A DNA stretch of 64,000 nt. Origin: Waterburya sp. (GTDB lineage: Bacteria > Cyanobacteriota > Cyanobacteriia > Cyanobacteriales > Xenococcaceae). The stretch covers positions 288,001 through 352,000 of the forward strand of contig CBDCJV010000002.1 of the NCBI GenBank assembly GCA_965217895.1. The letters are read 5' to 3'. The notes below the pieces were generated by a model. That model saw only the letters and a list, made by a program, of their open reading frames with translations, did no database searches and was not told where the DNA came from. Position 1 is the stretch's first letter. Every line of letters starts with the position of its first letter. Positions 32,921 to 43,508 of the stretch are shown piece after piece. Both the position numbers and the translations under genes were made by a program.

Positions 32921-32983
32921 ATGAGAGAGAATGAGATTAGTAGGGAGATTGTAGATGCTGCGTTTAAGATCCATTCTTTCTGA
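32921..32983 (+). pseudogene. GxxExxY family nuclease N-terminal remnant
   Basis: MRENEISREIVDAAFKIH then an early stop next to the IS630 remnant; preceded by CACGCAAAGACGCAGAG repeat. Confidence 0.6.
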
Positions 32984-32989
32984 TTCGTA

Positions 32990-33556
32990 ATTGCCAAGGT
33001 TTTTTTAAACGCTTCTCTTTGATATAGTTTCTGCTTGCTATTCTCAGGACGAGCTACTTTTAACTTGGCTTTAAGCCGATAGCGAGTCATTTGATACACC
33101 GCATGATATTCTGCTTCAATTCCTAACGTTTCAGACAACCACTGTTGCACTGCACCATAACTGGCGAAACCATGATTATGTTCTTGTAATCGCTTTTGCA
33201 AAGCCTTTTCTGCCCATTGAGGAATTATTCGTACTCCTCCAGGAGATGATTTTATTTCTAGCATCGAATCTATTCCTTCTTCTCTATATATTGATAACCA
33301 GCTTTGTACCGTACCTCGATGTTTTCCCAAAGAATTGGCGATCGCTTTAATCTTCGGTGCCGGTTCATGCTTGAGCCAATAAAGTACCTGCAATCTTTCT
33401 TTTTCCCTCAGAGTTTTGGCTTGACGTAATCTTTTTTCCAGTTCTTCCCAACTTTCTTTTATTTGTACCGAAGTTACACCTACCATCGCTTAAAAAGAGC
33501 TAAACTGCTTTCTTTAGTCTAGTTTATCTGTCATGTATTTAATTTAAATTGGTATA
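32990..33556 (-). mobile_element. IS630-family element remnant (HTH ORF A; DDE half deleted)
   Basis: ERLQVLYWLK..HRGTVQSWL..Y HTH, LKAKLKVARP, TTTAAAAAAAC slippery site at the truncation point, end TATACCAATTTAAATT with TA. Confidence 0.85.
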
Positions 33557-34490
33557 ATTAGAGTTCAAAGTTTTAACTTATTCCTACAATATTTCTTGAA
33601 AGTTTTGTCAGTCAATCAGTGCTAAGGCATAGCCGAAAGAATAACTATTACTTGGAAGTGAATCAGTACATTGTTTAATAGGAGGTTTAATAGAGGAAGA
33701 AGGACTAGCATGGAACGTCACACAGCAGATTGCTGCAAAAAACAAGTTAACTATATTCATCAAATTAAGATTATTAATTCCAACTGAGTTGAGGCTAACA
33801 ATACTAGAAGCATAGAAATAGTTAGTAACTTTGGAATTTTCCTTTGTTGTCAGAAGAAATTAAGGTGATTTAAATCGCTGGCAAAAAAGCAATTTAAACT
33901 ATCAATCTGTATCTTTTATAACATTTAAGAATAGTAAAATGTCAATAGTTATATTTAGCTAGCCTTTATTATCTAACCATGTAATCTATATTACTTATTT
34001 CTAATATTTTAGGTATTTTCAATTAATTAATAATTTCATGTTTAAGTAATTACTAGCAGGCGAAATATTTATCAGTTAAAATTACTGTGAGATAAATTAC
34101 ATTAATCTAATTCAAATTAATTCATGGTAGTTTTTCTTTCTAGAATTAGAACTTAAAAAAAGATGATTAGATTTTTATAGCGATCGCAACTAGAGAAAAT
34201 TAATCAATAAATTATAATTTTAAAAAGCGATCTCAATTGCAGAAAATTTGTTTTATTTGGTGGACAAATTAAAGTCATTATAAATCATGCTAATTATTGA
34301 TTTTTTGCCTACCTACAGGGCGATCGTATCTATCGACCATCTTCATACCAAGGCAATTTCAATTGGAAAATATAAAAGATGATTAGCGACTCTAGCCAAG
34401 CGATAAGTCAATAAGATAGTTAACAAACAAAAGCGATCGCTCTTTTATTGGTCAGGCGATCGCTATCTTTGCGATTCATAAACCCTAAAA

Positions 34491-35183
34491 TCATTGATTT
34501 TTGGTTAAAGGCGGAAAATTAGATAGCCAGTATCGATATACATCTTTCCAAACTTTTTCGAGGTTTTGGTAAGCAGCCTGTGTATTTGGTGTGTCAACTG
34601 GTGTAGAGAATAATATCCAAAGACAACGGCGATCGCGTATGCTAGCCTTGCCTCTTAACCAATCCCATCCTACTTTCCACCGTAAATCATTCTGATAACG
34701 ATATTGAGAAAACTGCTTTTGAGTTACATTACTAAAGCTGCGGGGACTAATACAGCTACTCAAATAAGCTTTATTTTGACCAGAAAATAAAGCATGATAA
34801 CCCACTCTATCTAGTTGTTTAACTTTCTTAGCTTTAACAACCTCTGGGGCAATGTCAGTATAGTTACTTAAGTATGCCTCTACATCTCCTCTAGTACCAA
34901 CCAAATAGCTGATGTCCAGGTGCATTTTTGTCTCACTGCCGATATACTGATATCCTTGCTGAGATTTAATTACTTTTTGGTCTTTTGATTTTATTACGTC
35001 CTGACCTAAAGCTGATTGCTCCAATGCTATGCCATGATTAAGTCTCAAACGTTCAGGAAACTCATAATCAGCCACAGTGCGATTACCTACTTTAGGGATA
35101 ATCACTGCATATATAACAGCAGCATTAATTCCAACACTGGCAACAGCCAAAAAATAACTACGCCATTGAGCTTGATTAATCAT
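34491..35183 (-). CDS. Cyanoexosortase A system-associated protein
   Basis: N-terminal TM, AYLSSCISPR, RDRRCLW; directly downstream of the exosortase. Confidence 0.85.
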   Translation of the reverse strand: MINQAQWRSYFLAVASVGINAAVIYAVIIPKVGNRTVADYEFPERLRLNHGIALEQSALGQDVIKSKDQKVIKSQQGYQYIGSETKMHLDISYLVGTRGDVEAYLSNYTDIAPEVVKAKKVKQLDRVGYHALFSGQNKAYLSSCISPRSFSNVTQKQFSQYRYQNDLRWKVGWDWLRGKASIRDRRCLWILFSTPVDTPNTQAAYQNLEKVWKDVYRYWLSNFPPLTKNQ

Positions 35184-35216
35184 ATCTTCAAGTTAGCCAT
35201 AAATATTTATTACTTA

Positions 35217-36086
35217 TTACTTATTACTTATTACCTGCCTTTGTCCTTGCTTCGTTTCTAAAAACAAATAACAAAAACCTGCAAAAATCGCAATTGCCAA
35301 GGTAGAAAATATTTGCGAACCCTGCGCCCCATGCCAATAATTGAAATGTGTTGGGTTTGGTATTGATAATGTCAAAATACAAACTCTAATTACTCCCAGA
35401 AAAAAACCTAAGCCAACTGAAAACATGGGAATAAGTATTTTTTGCTTGATTGATAAAGTTATCAAACTTACTAGCAACAGTGACAACTTCAGCATCAGCA
35501 AAATCATTGGTATTCCCGCACAAGAATAATTGACGATCGCCTCAACATTTCCTGATTCAGGTAACGATAATAATACTTGATTGCCTTGACTAGCTGCATT
35601 AAACCCAATGTAGTATAAAAAATAGCTAGCTAACTGAGCATTGAGAACGGTAATATGAACTATACCATCAATAAAAAAGCCGATTACTGCTGAGGGGAAA
35701 AACAAAAACCAGACAAAAAACAACTCTTGCAGATATTGACCCAAACCTTTTAATCCAGAAGCGATTAGACCTAATGCGATCGCAGCACTTAGAGGTAATA
35801 TGGGTAATAGTATTGATTCAAACCAAAAAAGCGAAAAAGCTTTAGATAAAATTAAACCTAGCAACAGTAAGCCAATAAAACTAGATAAAGGATCGCTACG
35901 ATAATCTAAATCATCCTTTTTGCGCCATAGCAGCCAAAAAATTGCTCCCCAAAACAAACTTTCTGTAGTCAATTGGTCAAGATCACCTGTGGTTTTCCAA
36001 GTCAGGTTGAGATAGAGAATAGCTATGCCAACTAAACTAGAAAACAACCAAAATTTATGATGATTGCTGATATTTTTGGTGTACAT
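35217..36086 (-). CDS. crtA: Cyanoexosortase A
   Basis: Multi-TM protein with exosortase Cys/Arg/His triad: YSCAG, VIRVCIL, YWHGAQGSQIF. Confidence 0.85.
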   Translation of the reverse strand: MYTKNISNHHKFWLFSSLVGIAILYLNLTWKTTGDLDQLTTESLFWGAIFWLLWRKKDDLDYRSDPLSSFIGLLLLGLILSKAFSLFWFESILLPILPLSAAIALGLIASGLKGLGQYLQELFFVWFLFFPSAVIGFFIDGIVHITVLNAQLASYFLYYIGFNAASQGNQVLLSLPESGNVEAIVNYSCAGIPMILLMLKLSLLLVSLITLSIKQKILIPMFSVGLGFFLGVIRVCILTLSIPNPTHFNYWHGAQGSQIFSTLAIAIFAGFCYLFLETKQGQRQVISNK

Positions 36087-36159
36087 TAATATTTTTATTT
36101 ATTGCCAAAAAACCTATTACATCTCTTGCATAGATAAACGACTAACCGTTTTAACTTCT

Positions 36160-36188
36160 GTACGGGCGAACGGCCGTTCGCCCGTAAC
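36160..36188. repeat. REP-like palindrome
   Basis: GTACGGGCGAACGGCCGTTCGCCCGTAAC. Confidence 0.7.
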
Positions 36189-37406
36189 CTATAAAAGTGA
36201 CTCTAAAACATAAAATGTCACTCCTCCATTTCCTTCAATTTGGAACTGAGGCTGAGTTTGACTCAAAACGTTAAATTCATTAGTGTCAGTAGTAAACAAA
36301 TGCGATCCTGTCTGCGTATTCAACATTCTATACAAAGGAATTGTCTCTATATTTTCTGGTTGAGCATCAAAAGCATAGTAAGCGACATCTTCAAAGCTGT
36401 AATAACCTAAATTCTGGCGAATATAATTTTTCTCATTTTTGTCCATAGTATAAAGATGCGCTCCAGTAACTTGATTAAAGAAGCGATAAACTGGAGCTGA
36501 ATTCTGAATTTTTTCTCCAGTCAAGGTGTCTGTATCCTGAGCTAAAACGTCATAGGCAACACCTTCATAGGTATAAGGTAATTTTCTTGCTTCACTCAAC
36601 TCTGTGACTACCTTTTGTTCATTTGGATCGGCAGTATAAAAATGAAATCCCTTATCGTATCGAAAGAATCGATATACCTCAGTCCTGGGGAGGATATCGT
36701 AGCCAATATCAGATAAGATTGCTAAATCTAAATTCGTTGGCAGATTTCTTTCGCCAAAGGTAAAAGATTTGTCTAATAAAGCATCCCTTCGAGGATCTAA
36801 AGAAAAGCCATCCTGAATATGGATTCGATCCTTGTCTAAAGGTATTGGTTGAACATTATTTAAGAGAACGCTATGTGGACCAACAAATTTTCCCTCTTGA
36901 ATCTGGTTGGCAAAAGCATCAGAAGTACCAATTCCCAAAACATGACCAATTTCATGCAGACATAAACTCAGAAAATCTTGTTTATCTGGGGGAATATCAT
37001 TATCAGTTTTGGGAGTTTTATCGAAGTATAAATTATCTACCGCATTGGTATTAAACTCAATCGTACCTAGCCAAGGTTCAAAATCGCTTCCTTTAATTCT
37101 TGACTCGCGATCGCTTCCATTAATAAAAGTAGCATGAAAAGATCCTTCTCCAAAAGTCAATGAATCAGAATTTAAGTTAACTGAAGAGACAAAAATAATT
37201 ATGTCGTCAATTGATTTATTTAAAATGACCTCTCGTTCTGAGTTATTGATTGGAAATCTTAAAACTTCCTCTGCGGGAATTGGAGTAAAGTCATCTTGAA
37301 TATAAGAACTCCAAATATTACCTGCTTGTTCTAATATTGCTTTTCTTTTTGCTGTAAAAAAATTAGCATCATCAAAACGATAGTCAAACTTGATATTAAA
37401 ACTCAT
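36189..37406 (-). CDS. Zincin metalloprotease with C-terminal DUF5648-like repeats
   Basis: HEIGHVLGIG zinc motif; three YR(F/M)..(T)G.H(F/L)(Y/F)T.D..E repeats. Confidence 0.75.
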   Translation of the reverse strand: MSFNIKFDYRFDDANFFTAKRKAILEQAGNIWSSYIQDDFTPIPAEEVLRFPINNSEREVILNKSIDDIIIFVSSVNLNSDSLTFGEGSFHATFINGSDRESRIKGSDFEPWLGTIEFNTNAVDNLYFDKTPKTDNDIPPDKQDFLSLCLHEIGHVLGIGTSDAFANQIQEGKFVGPHSVLLNNVQPIPLDKDRIHIQDGFSLDPRRDALLDKSFTFGERNLPTNLDLAILSDIGYDILPRTEVYRFFRYDKGFHFYTADPNEQKVVTELSEARKLPYTYEGVAYDVLAQDTDTLTGEKIQNSAPVYRFFNQVTGAHLYTMDKNEKNYIRQNLGYYSFEDVAYYAFDAQPENIETIPLYRMLNTQTGSHLFTTDTNEFNVLSQTQPQFQIEGNGGVTFYVLESLL

Positions 37407-37956
37407 AAAAATTTTCTAAGTATATTTTCATATTTTTTTGGTGACTTCGGAAAATTTAGCTACAAATACTTAGTTTTTTAGTCATCTATTTTAAAAGATA
37501 TAAACCTCAAAATAGTAAACGACAAAAGTACGCTTTTATGAAATACCTTAATAACCTATTTAAAATCTAATTTAACCTCAAATAATAGTATTGTCTTGTG
37601 TGTAAATAATTAAAATCGATCAAGGCTTTTAGCGAAGCTAGTTGATTTCATATCAGTATTTACAAGCATTTTTGGCTGTCATAGCATTTTTAAACACCGT
37701 AAAAAGACTTAGTTTGTCAGTGATAATATCTATTTTCCTTATATTTTTGATTTATACATTGAGGATTTACAAAATATGAAGTATAACAGCAAAAGTACGA
37801 CTTAATCTTGCTAATTATCAACTAAATAAAAATAGAAGCCTGTAATACAATAACCTAATTAATTAACGTTATTGCTTTATTTGATTAACAAAAAATAGGC
37901 TTTCTGCCAGTTGATATTTTTATTGTAAGTACGATTATATCTGTTCCTATGAATTT

Positions 37957-38880
37957 ATGCGTATATTAATTTTTGCTAGCTCTATAGCTGTATTTTTGCC
38001 TCTTTTAAGTTTAAATGCTTGGGCAAATCCAGCTAATCAATCTCAACCACCAACTTCAAATTTTTCGCCTACTAAAAACCAACAAATATCTCAAGAAAAA
38101 TCAACGGTAACTGCTGATAATTCTTGGAGTAATTCTAATCAAAAAGAATTAGAAAACGTCAAATTTCGACTGCAAGATATTAGTCAGCGTAATTTCACCC
38201 CTAGTCGCGGTGTCCCAAGTTTAACTATTGCCAATCCTTATGGATTTGGTGCAGATAGAGGATTTTTTAGCGGTTTAAGCTATCAGACAGATACTCGTGG
38301 CGGACTCGATGGAGTCAACAATCAGGATGGAACTTGGGGATTTGGGGTAGGTCTGGGAAATGCCCAAAAGTCTGTTGGTGCCGAACTTAGCTACAACGTA
38401 GCCAGTTTTGGTCAGAATGGTCGTGACTTTGGTTCTGGCGGTTTTAACCTAAAGCTGCATCGCAAGATTGCTGATGGCTGGGGAGTTGCTGCTGGATGGA
38501 ATAGTTTTCTTTCAATTGGTGATGGCAATGACCTTAATGACTCTTTGTATCTGGCTACCACCAAAATTTTTAGAACCAGAGAAAATGTCAATTCTGCCTT
38601 TAGCCGAGTTGGAGCAACTATTGGCGTTGGCAACGGACAATTTCGCACCGAAGACTCAATCGTTAATGGTGACAATAATTTTAACGTTTTTGGTAGTCTA
38701 GCTTTTCGTGTAGCACGACCAGTTAGCTTTATTACGGAATGGACGGGGCAAGACTTGGGGATGGGTTTATCTGTTTCTCCTTTTCGTACTGTCCCACTGA
38801 CTATTAATCTTGGTGCCAGAGATATTGTTGGTGCTGGAGATGGAGCGCGTTTTGTTTTCGGAATTGGCGCAGGAATTTAA
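37957..38880 (+). CDS. Secreted or outer-membrane beta-rich protein
   Basis: Signal peptide (NAWA), Gly/aromatic beta strands, C-terminal FVFGIGAGI. Confidence 0.65.
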   Translation: MRILIFASSIAVFLPLLSLNAWANPANQSQPPTSNFSPTKNQQISQEKSTVTADNSWSNSNQKELENVKFRLQDISQRNFTPSRGVPSLTIANPYGFGADRGFFSGLSYQTDTRGGLDGVNNQDGTWGFGVGLGNAQKSVGAELSYNVASFGQNGRDFGSGGFNLKLHRKIADGWGVAAGWNSFLSIGDGNDLNDSLYLATTKIFRTRENVNSAFSRVGATIGVGNGQFRTEDSIVNGDNNFNVFGSLAFRVARPVSFITEWTGQDLGMGLSVSPFRTVPLTINLGARDIVGAGDGARFVFGIGAGI

Positions 38881-38918
38881 GTTTATTTGTAGATCAATTT
38901 TATCAGGACAATTATGTT

Positions 38919-39719
38919 ATGCGCTATAAGCAATTATTACGGCTAAGTTCTTTAGTTGCCTTGGAAATACTTACCGCAACTACGTCTGTTACAGCAAAGC
39001 CAGTCCCCAATCTTTCTGATACTTCTGCATATCAGACCTATAGCTCTCCTGCAGTCAGTATAGATAGTAATAACGGTAATGGCATACCGTCAACTACTCA
39101 ATATAATCCAGCCACAGGAGAATTTGTAGGCGGTGGAATAAAAAATCCGATCACATTTGGTTCAGCCAGAGGTTCTGGAAGTTCCATCGGTAGCGCTCGC
39201 AGAAATGTTTCTGGGGATGGTTCTGGGAATGGTTCTGGGAATAGTTCTGGGGATGGTTCTGGGGATGGTTCTGGGGATGGTTCTGGGAATGGTTCTGGGA
39301 ATGGTTCTGGAAATGGTTCTGGAAATGGTTTTAGAGAAATAACCCTTAATGATGCTGCCACTTTATTAGAGGGTAGTCTCAATAACTCCTTAGATAATTT
39401 GGCAGCAGCAGAACAAGCAAGCCAGGCAGGACAGACAGCAAGTGCAACTCCTAATAATCCTAGACGAATTACCAGAAGAAATTCTGATAGCGATAATCGA
39501 GCCTGTGGCTGCGCCGATCCAGCATCTTCTAAGCCCAGACATATTGTTAGAAGTAGTTCTACAGCTTGTGGTTGTGCTAATCCTGGTTCAACTGCTGAAG
39601 CTCGTCAAATCGAAGACCGTGAAATTCAAGCTCGTCAAATTGTTGAAAAACAATTAGCTGAATCAAAAAAATTCATTCGACAAGTTAACCAGATCGATCC
39701 TGATAAAAATATTTGGTAA
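38919..39719 (+). CDS. Secreted Gly/Ser-rich hypothetical protein
   Basis: Signal peptide, GSG(D/N) repeats, duplicated ACGCA.P motif. Confidence 0.7.
   Translation: MRYKQLLRLSSLVALEILTATTSVTAKPVPNLSDTSAYQTYSSPAVSIDSNNGNGIPSTTQYNPATGEFVGGGIKNPITFGSARGSGSSIGSARRNVSGDGSGNGSGNSSGDGSGDGSGDGSGNGSGNGSGNGSGNGFREITLNDAATLLEGSLNNSLDNLAAAEQASQAGQTASATPNNPRRITRRNSDSDNRACGCADPASSKPRHIVRSSSTACGCANPGSTAEARQIEDREIQARQIVEKQLAESKKFIRQVNQIDPDKNIW
39210..39330 (+). repeat. 12-nt coding tandem repeat, about 10 units
   Basis: TCTGG(G/A)(G/A)ATGGT repeated. Confidence 0.9.
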
Positions 39720-39842
39720 CAAAAGCAAATTTATCAGGCGATCGCTCTGCACTTTTGCACTCGAATAGATAAGGATTAGCCCCAGGTATCCCGCCAACGA
39801 ATCCCGCAATTACAACTAAAATTATTCTCCAAATTAAACACT

Positions 39843-40562
39843 ATGATTAAACTTAATTGGACTTATATTGGTATATCTTTTGGTACATTAGGATTACTAA
39901 ATGCTATGAGCCTTGGAGCAGTAGCAGAAGATGTTATAAGCAATAAGGGTATTACGTTTCAAGAAGACACAATTATTGAAATGGAATTTATTGAATCCCA
40001 TGGCGCATATCAATCTACTTTTGGCGTTGTGGATTTAGATACTTGTCAAACAAGTGCTTCACAAACAATTAATTATGATACTTGCTCTAAAACTCCTTTA
40101 CTTTCTGAGGTAAAAGCGTCTGATAGCTTTGATAATGTTTATCGTCGCTCTACTTACGAAACTAATTTAAAAGAAAGCCGTAACAATGATTTTTTAGGTA
40201 CTCCTGGCAATACTGTTCCTAATTTCAAAACGGAGTTTTTATTTAAAGCCAATAAAAGATATGCTTTTTATTTAGAGTCTGAGTTTAATGGCAAACCCGC
40301 TGGAACAGTTTACACTACAGACTTGTTGAATTCTCAGGGTAATCGTCAGGCTTTATTTAATGAAGCAGGTTTAGATACTGAAGCTGTAGCTAAACGGCGC
40401 AATAATCCTCAATTTGATGCTAATAAGTTTGACGCTCTAATCAAAGGCGGCTTATTGCTTAATATGGATGATACTGGCTCAAATTTGGTCAAAAATGCCG
40501 ACGAAGATGCCGATTTTGATGATTTTATTGTTGGTATTGGCGGAGAATATGGCTGTAATTAA
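39843..40562 (+). CDS. Secreted hypothetical protein with acidic C-terminal DxDFDD motif (DUF4114-like)
   Basis: Signal peptide; FIESHGAYQSTFGV; MDDTG...DADFDDFIV. Confidence 0.6.
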   Translation: MIKLNWTYIGISFGTLGLLNAMSLGAVAEDVISNKGITFQEDTIIEMEFIESHGAYQSTFGVVDLDTCQTSASQTINYDTCSKTPLLSEVKASDSFDNVYRRSTYETNLKESRNNDFLGTPGNTVPNFKTEFLFKANKRYAFYLESEFNGKPAGTVYTTDLLNSQGNRQALFNEAGLDTEAVAKRRNNPQFDANKFDALIKGGLLLNMDDTGSNLVKNADEDADFDDFIVGIGGEYGCN

Positions 40563-40817
40563 GTTGATAAATCTGAGCGGATATTAATAGCAATCTTAGT
40601 TTGCGATCTAAATACACCTATAAATAATTTATACAAGGGATGGTAGCTGCTTTTTAGCTGATAGCCACCCTTTTTTTTTAAAAGTTTTGAATTCTCAGTA
40701 ATTTCTCGGAATATTATTTCTTAAATGCTATGTTATCGTGATGCAGTCAGATAGTTATCCGTTAAATTACGGCAGAATTATCGCTGATACCTGAACGAGA
40801 AGTTATGGAAAGGCTTC

Positions 40818-41363
40818 ATGAATGTTATTCAAACGACAATTCCCGATGTTTTAATCATTGAATCAAAAGTATTTGGTGATGACCGTGGTTTTTTTCTGGA
40901 AAGCTTTAACGCCAAGACTTTTGCTGAAAAGACTGGAGTTACGAGTCAGTTTGTTCAAGATAATCACTCGCGCTCGGCTCAAAATGTTTTGCGGGGTTTA
41001 CATTATCAAATCAAACAAGCCCAGGGAAAATTAGTTAGAGTGGTCTTAGGCGAAGTATTGGATGTAGCGGTAGACATCCGCAAAAGTTCGCCAACTTTTG
41101 GACAGTGGACTAGCTGTATTCTCAGCGAAACTAACAAAAGACAATTTTGGGTTCCTGCTGGCTTTGCTCACGGTTTTGTAGTGCTATCTCAAACAGCAGA
41201 TTTTTTATATAAAACAACAGATTATTATGCGCCAGAGTACGAACGTTCAATTTTGTGGAACGACCCTGCTCTTGATATAGACTGGAAAATAACGGGCGAA
41301 CCGATCTTATCGAACAAAGATAAAGAAGCTGTACCTTTAGAGCAAGCGGAGGTGTTTGCGTGA
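40818..41363 (+). CDS. rfbC: dTDP-4-dehydrorhamnose 3,5-epimerase
   Basis: FGDDRGFF, VQDNHSRS, LRGLHYQ, GFAHGF. Confidence 0.96.
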   Translation: MNVIQTTIPDVLIIESKVFGDDRGFFLESFNAKTFAEKTGVTSQFVQDNHSRSAQNVLRGLHYQIKQAQGKLVRVVLGEVLDVAVDIRKSSPTFGQWTSCILSETNKRQFWVPAGFAHGFVVLSQTADFLYKTTDYYAPEYERSILWNDPALDIDWKITGEPILSNKDKEAVPLEQAEVFA

Positions 41364-42244
41364 CCAAGATCTTGCTAACGGGAATTACAGGACAAGTCGG
41401 ACAAGAACTGGAGCAAACTCTGACTTCTGTGGGAGAAGTTATCGGCGTTGGTCGTCAAGAATTTGATTTGAGCCAGCCAGCCCAAATAAAGCAAAAGATT
41501 GCCGAGATAAAACCGAATGTGATTGTCAATGCTGCTGCTTATACGGCTGTAGACAAGTCAGAAAGTGAAGTTGAACTAGCTATGGCAATCAACGGCAACG
41601 CACCAAAAGCGATCGCTAAAGCGGCACAAGATATCGGCGCAACCCTTTTGCATATATCTACTGACTATGTGTTTAATGGTCAAAATCACACTCCCTACTT
41701 GGAAACAGATAAAACCGATCCCCTGGGAGTATATGGTAAATCTAAACTCCTAGGAGAAATAGGAGTTAGGGATTGCGATCAACCTATTATTTTGCGGACT
41801 GCTTGGGTATATGGCTCAAAAGGACATGGTAACTTTGTCAAAACTATGCTCCGACTTGGTAAAGATCGAGAAGAGTTAAAGGTAGTTGCCGATCAGGTGG
41901 GTAGTCCATCATGGTCTTATGATATTGCCCTGACAATTACTCAGCTAGTAGATAAATCTCTAAATGATTCAAATATCAGGGGAACTTATCACTACACCAA
42001 TAGTGGTGTTTGCAGTTGGTATGATTTTGCAGTGGCTATTTTCGCAGAAGCCAAACAGCTCGGATTTCCGCTAGCAATTGAAAGAGTTTTGCCTATTACC
42101 ACAGCAGACTATCCCACCCCAACCCAACGTCCAGCGTATTCAGTCTTGTCTAAAGTCAAAATTACAGAAACACTAGGAGTTTATCCTCCTCACTGGCGTG
42201 AATCTTTGAAAAAAATGCTGACTGAATTAAGGGATGAAGGATGA
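41360..42244 (+). CDS. rfbD: dTDP-4-dehydrorhamnose reductase
   Basis: NAAAYTAVD, ISTDYVF, YGKSKLLGE, RPAYS. Confidence 0.95.
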   Translation: MTKILLTGITGQVGQELEQTLTSVGEVIGVGRQEFDLSQPAQIKQKIAEIKPNVIVNAAAYTAVDKSESEVELAMAINGNAPKAIAKAAQDIGATLLHISTDYVFNGQNHTPYLETDKTDPLGVYGKSKLLGEIGVRDCDQPIILRTAWVYGSKGHGNFVKTMLRLGKDREELKVVADQVGSPSWSYDIALTITQLVDKSLNDSNIRGTYHYTNSGVCSWYDFAVAIFAEAKQLGFPLAIERVLPITTADYPTPTQRPAYSVLSKVKITETLGVYPPHWRESLKKMLTELRDEG

Positions 42245-42334
42245 GGAATAACTTAAAAGCTGATAGCTAAAAGCTAAAAGCCAAAAGCTGATAGCTACCA
42301 AAATAGTCTAATTATCAACGAAGCTAATAAAACA

Positions 42335-43408
42335 ATGAAAGCAATTATTCTCTCTGGTGGTAAAGGTACAAGATTGCGTCCCCTGACTTATACAGGAGCG
42401 AAACAACTTGTTCCCGTAGCTAACAAACCGATTCTTTGGTACGGTATTGAGTCCATTGTGGCAGCAGGAATTACAGAAATTGGGATTATTATTAGTCCCG
42501 AAACAGGAGGCGAAGTAGAGTTCAAAACAGGTAATGGCGATCGCTTTGGAGCAAATATCACTTATCTTAGACAAGATCAGCCTTTAGGACTGGCACACGC
42601 GGTAAAAGTAGCTCAACCGTTTTTAGGAGATTCTCCCTTTGTAATGTACCTGGGAGATAACCTAGTTCAAAGTGAATTGGATCAGTTCATCGACAAATTC
42701 AAGTCTCAACACCTTGATGCTTTAACTTTACTCTGCGAAGTCGAAAACCCCTCTGCTTTTGGGGTAGCGAAAGTAGATGATCGGGGTAACGTTTTGCAGC
42801 TAATCGAAAAACCCAAAAATCCGCCTTCAAACTTGGCACTAGTAGGAGTGTATTTATTCTCTTCTGAAATTCATCAGGCGATCGCCAATATTCAACCATC
42901 TCCTAGAGGTGAATTGGAAATTACCGATGCCATCCAATATCTAATCGATCAAAAGCAAAAGGTAGCATCTTTTCAATTATCAGGCTGGTGGCTGGATACA
43001 GGGAAAAAAGATGATTTGCTCGCAGCCAACCAAATTATCTTAGATACTTGCTTAGAATCAACTCACGAAGGAACGATAGACAAAGAAAGTAAGGTTAGTG
43101 GTCGAGTTCACGTAGGGAAAGGCTCTCAGGTCAATAACTCCATGATTCGTGGCCCTGTAACCATCGGTGAGAACTGTAAAATTGAAAACTGTTTTATTGG
43201 TCCTTATAGTAGTATCGCTGACGACACGACCCTAATTGATATCGACATTGAGCATAGCGTAGTGCTTAAAGGTGCAACAATTGAAGGCATCAATAGCCGT
43301 ATTGTCGATAGTTTGATTGGCGAAAGAGCGCATTTAAAAGCTGCTCCCAAACGTCCCAAAGCATTACGCTTTATGATTGGTGATGATTCTCAAATTGAAT
43401 TATCGTAG
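42335..43408 (+). CDS. rfbA: Glucose-1-phosphate thymidylyltransferase (long form)
   Basis: GGKGTRLRPLT, EKP, RGELEITDAI, C-terminal hexapeptide region. Confidence 0.92.
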   Translation: MKAIILSGGKGTRLRPLTYTGAKQLVPVANKPILWYGIESIVAAGITEIGIIISPETGGEVEFKTGNGDRFGANITYLRQDQPLGLAHAVKVAQPFLGDSPFVMYLGDNLVQSELDQFIDKFKSQHLDALTLLCEVENPSAFGVAKVDDRGNVLQLIEKPKNPPSNLALVGVYLFSSEIHQAIANIQPSPRGELEITDAIQYLIDQKQKVASFQLSGWWLDTGKKDDLLAANQIILDTCLESTHEGTIDKESKVSGRVHVGKGSQVNNSMIRGPVTIGENCKIENCFIGPYSSIADDTTLIDIDIEHSVVLKGATIEGINSRIVDSLIGERAHLKAAPKRPKALRFMIGDDSQIELS

Positions 43409-43508
43409 AAGTAAAAGAAATAGGTGGGCATAAAAAACAATTATGTATTGAGATACAGAGTTTAATTTATACCCACCGAAAAGCTAAGACAATATAATCT
43501 ACAAAGCT

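Noticed and set aside
32725..32990. C-terminal extension of the 253-aa IS630 ORF
   Set aside because: Run-on past the deletion point into antisense of the GxxExxY remnant and ACP-like gene
39098..39382. Minus-strand ORF with PEPF/PEPS repeats next to an exosortase, suggesting a PEP-CTERM protein
   Set aside because: It is the antisense reading of the GSG(D/N) repeat; no TM helix or basic tail follows
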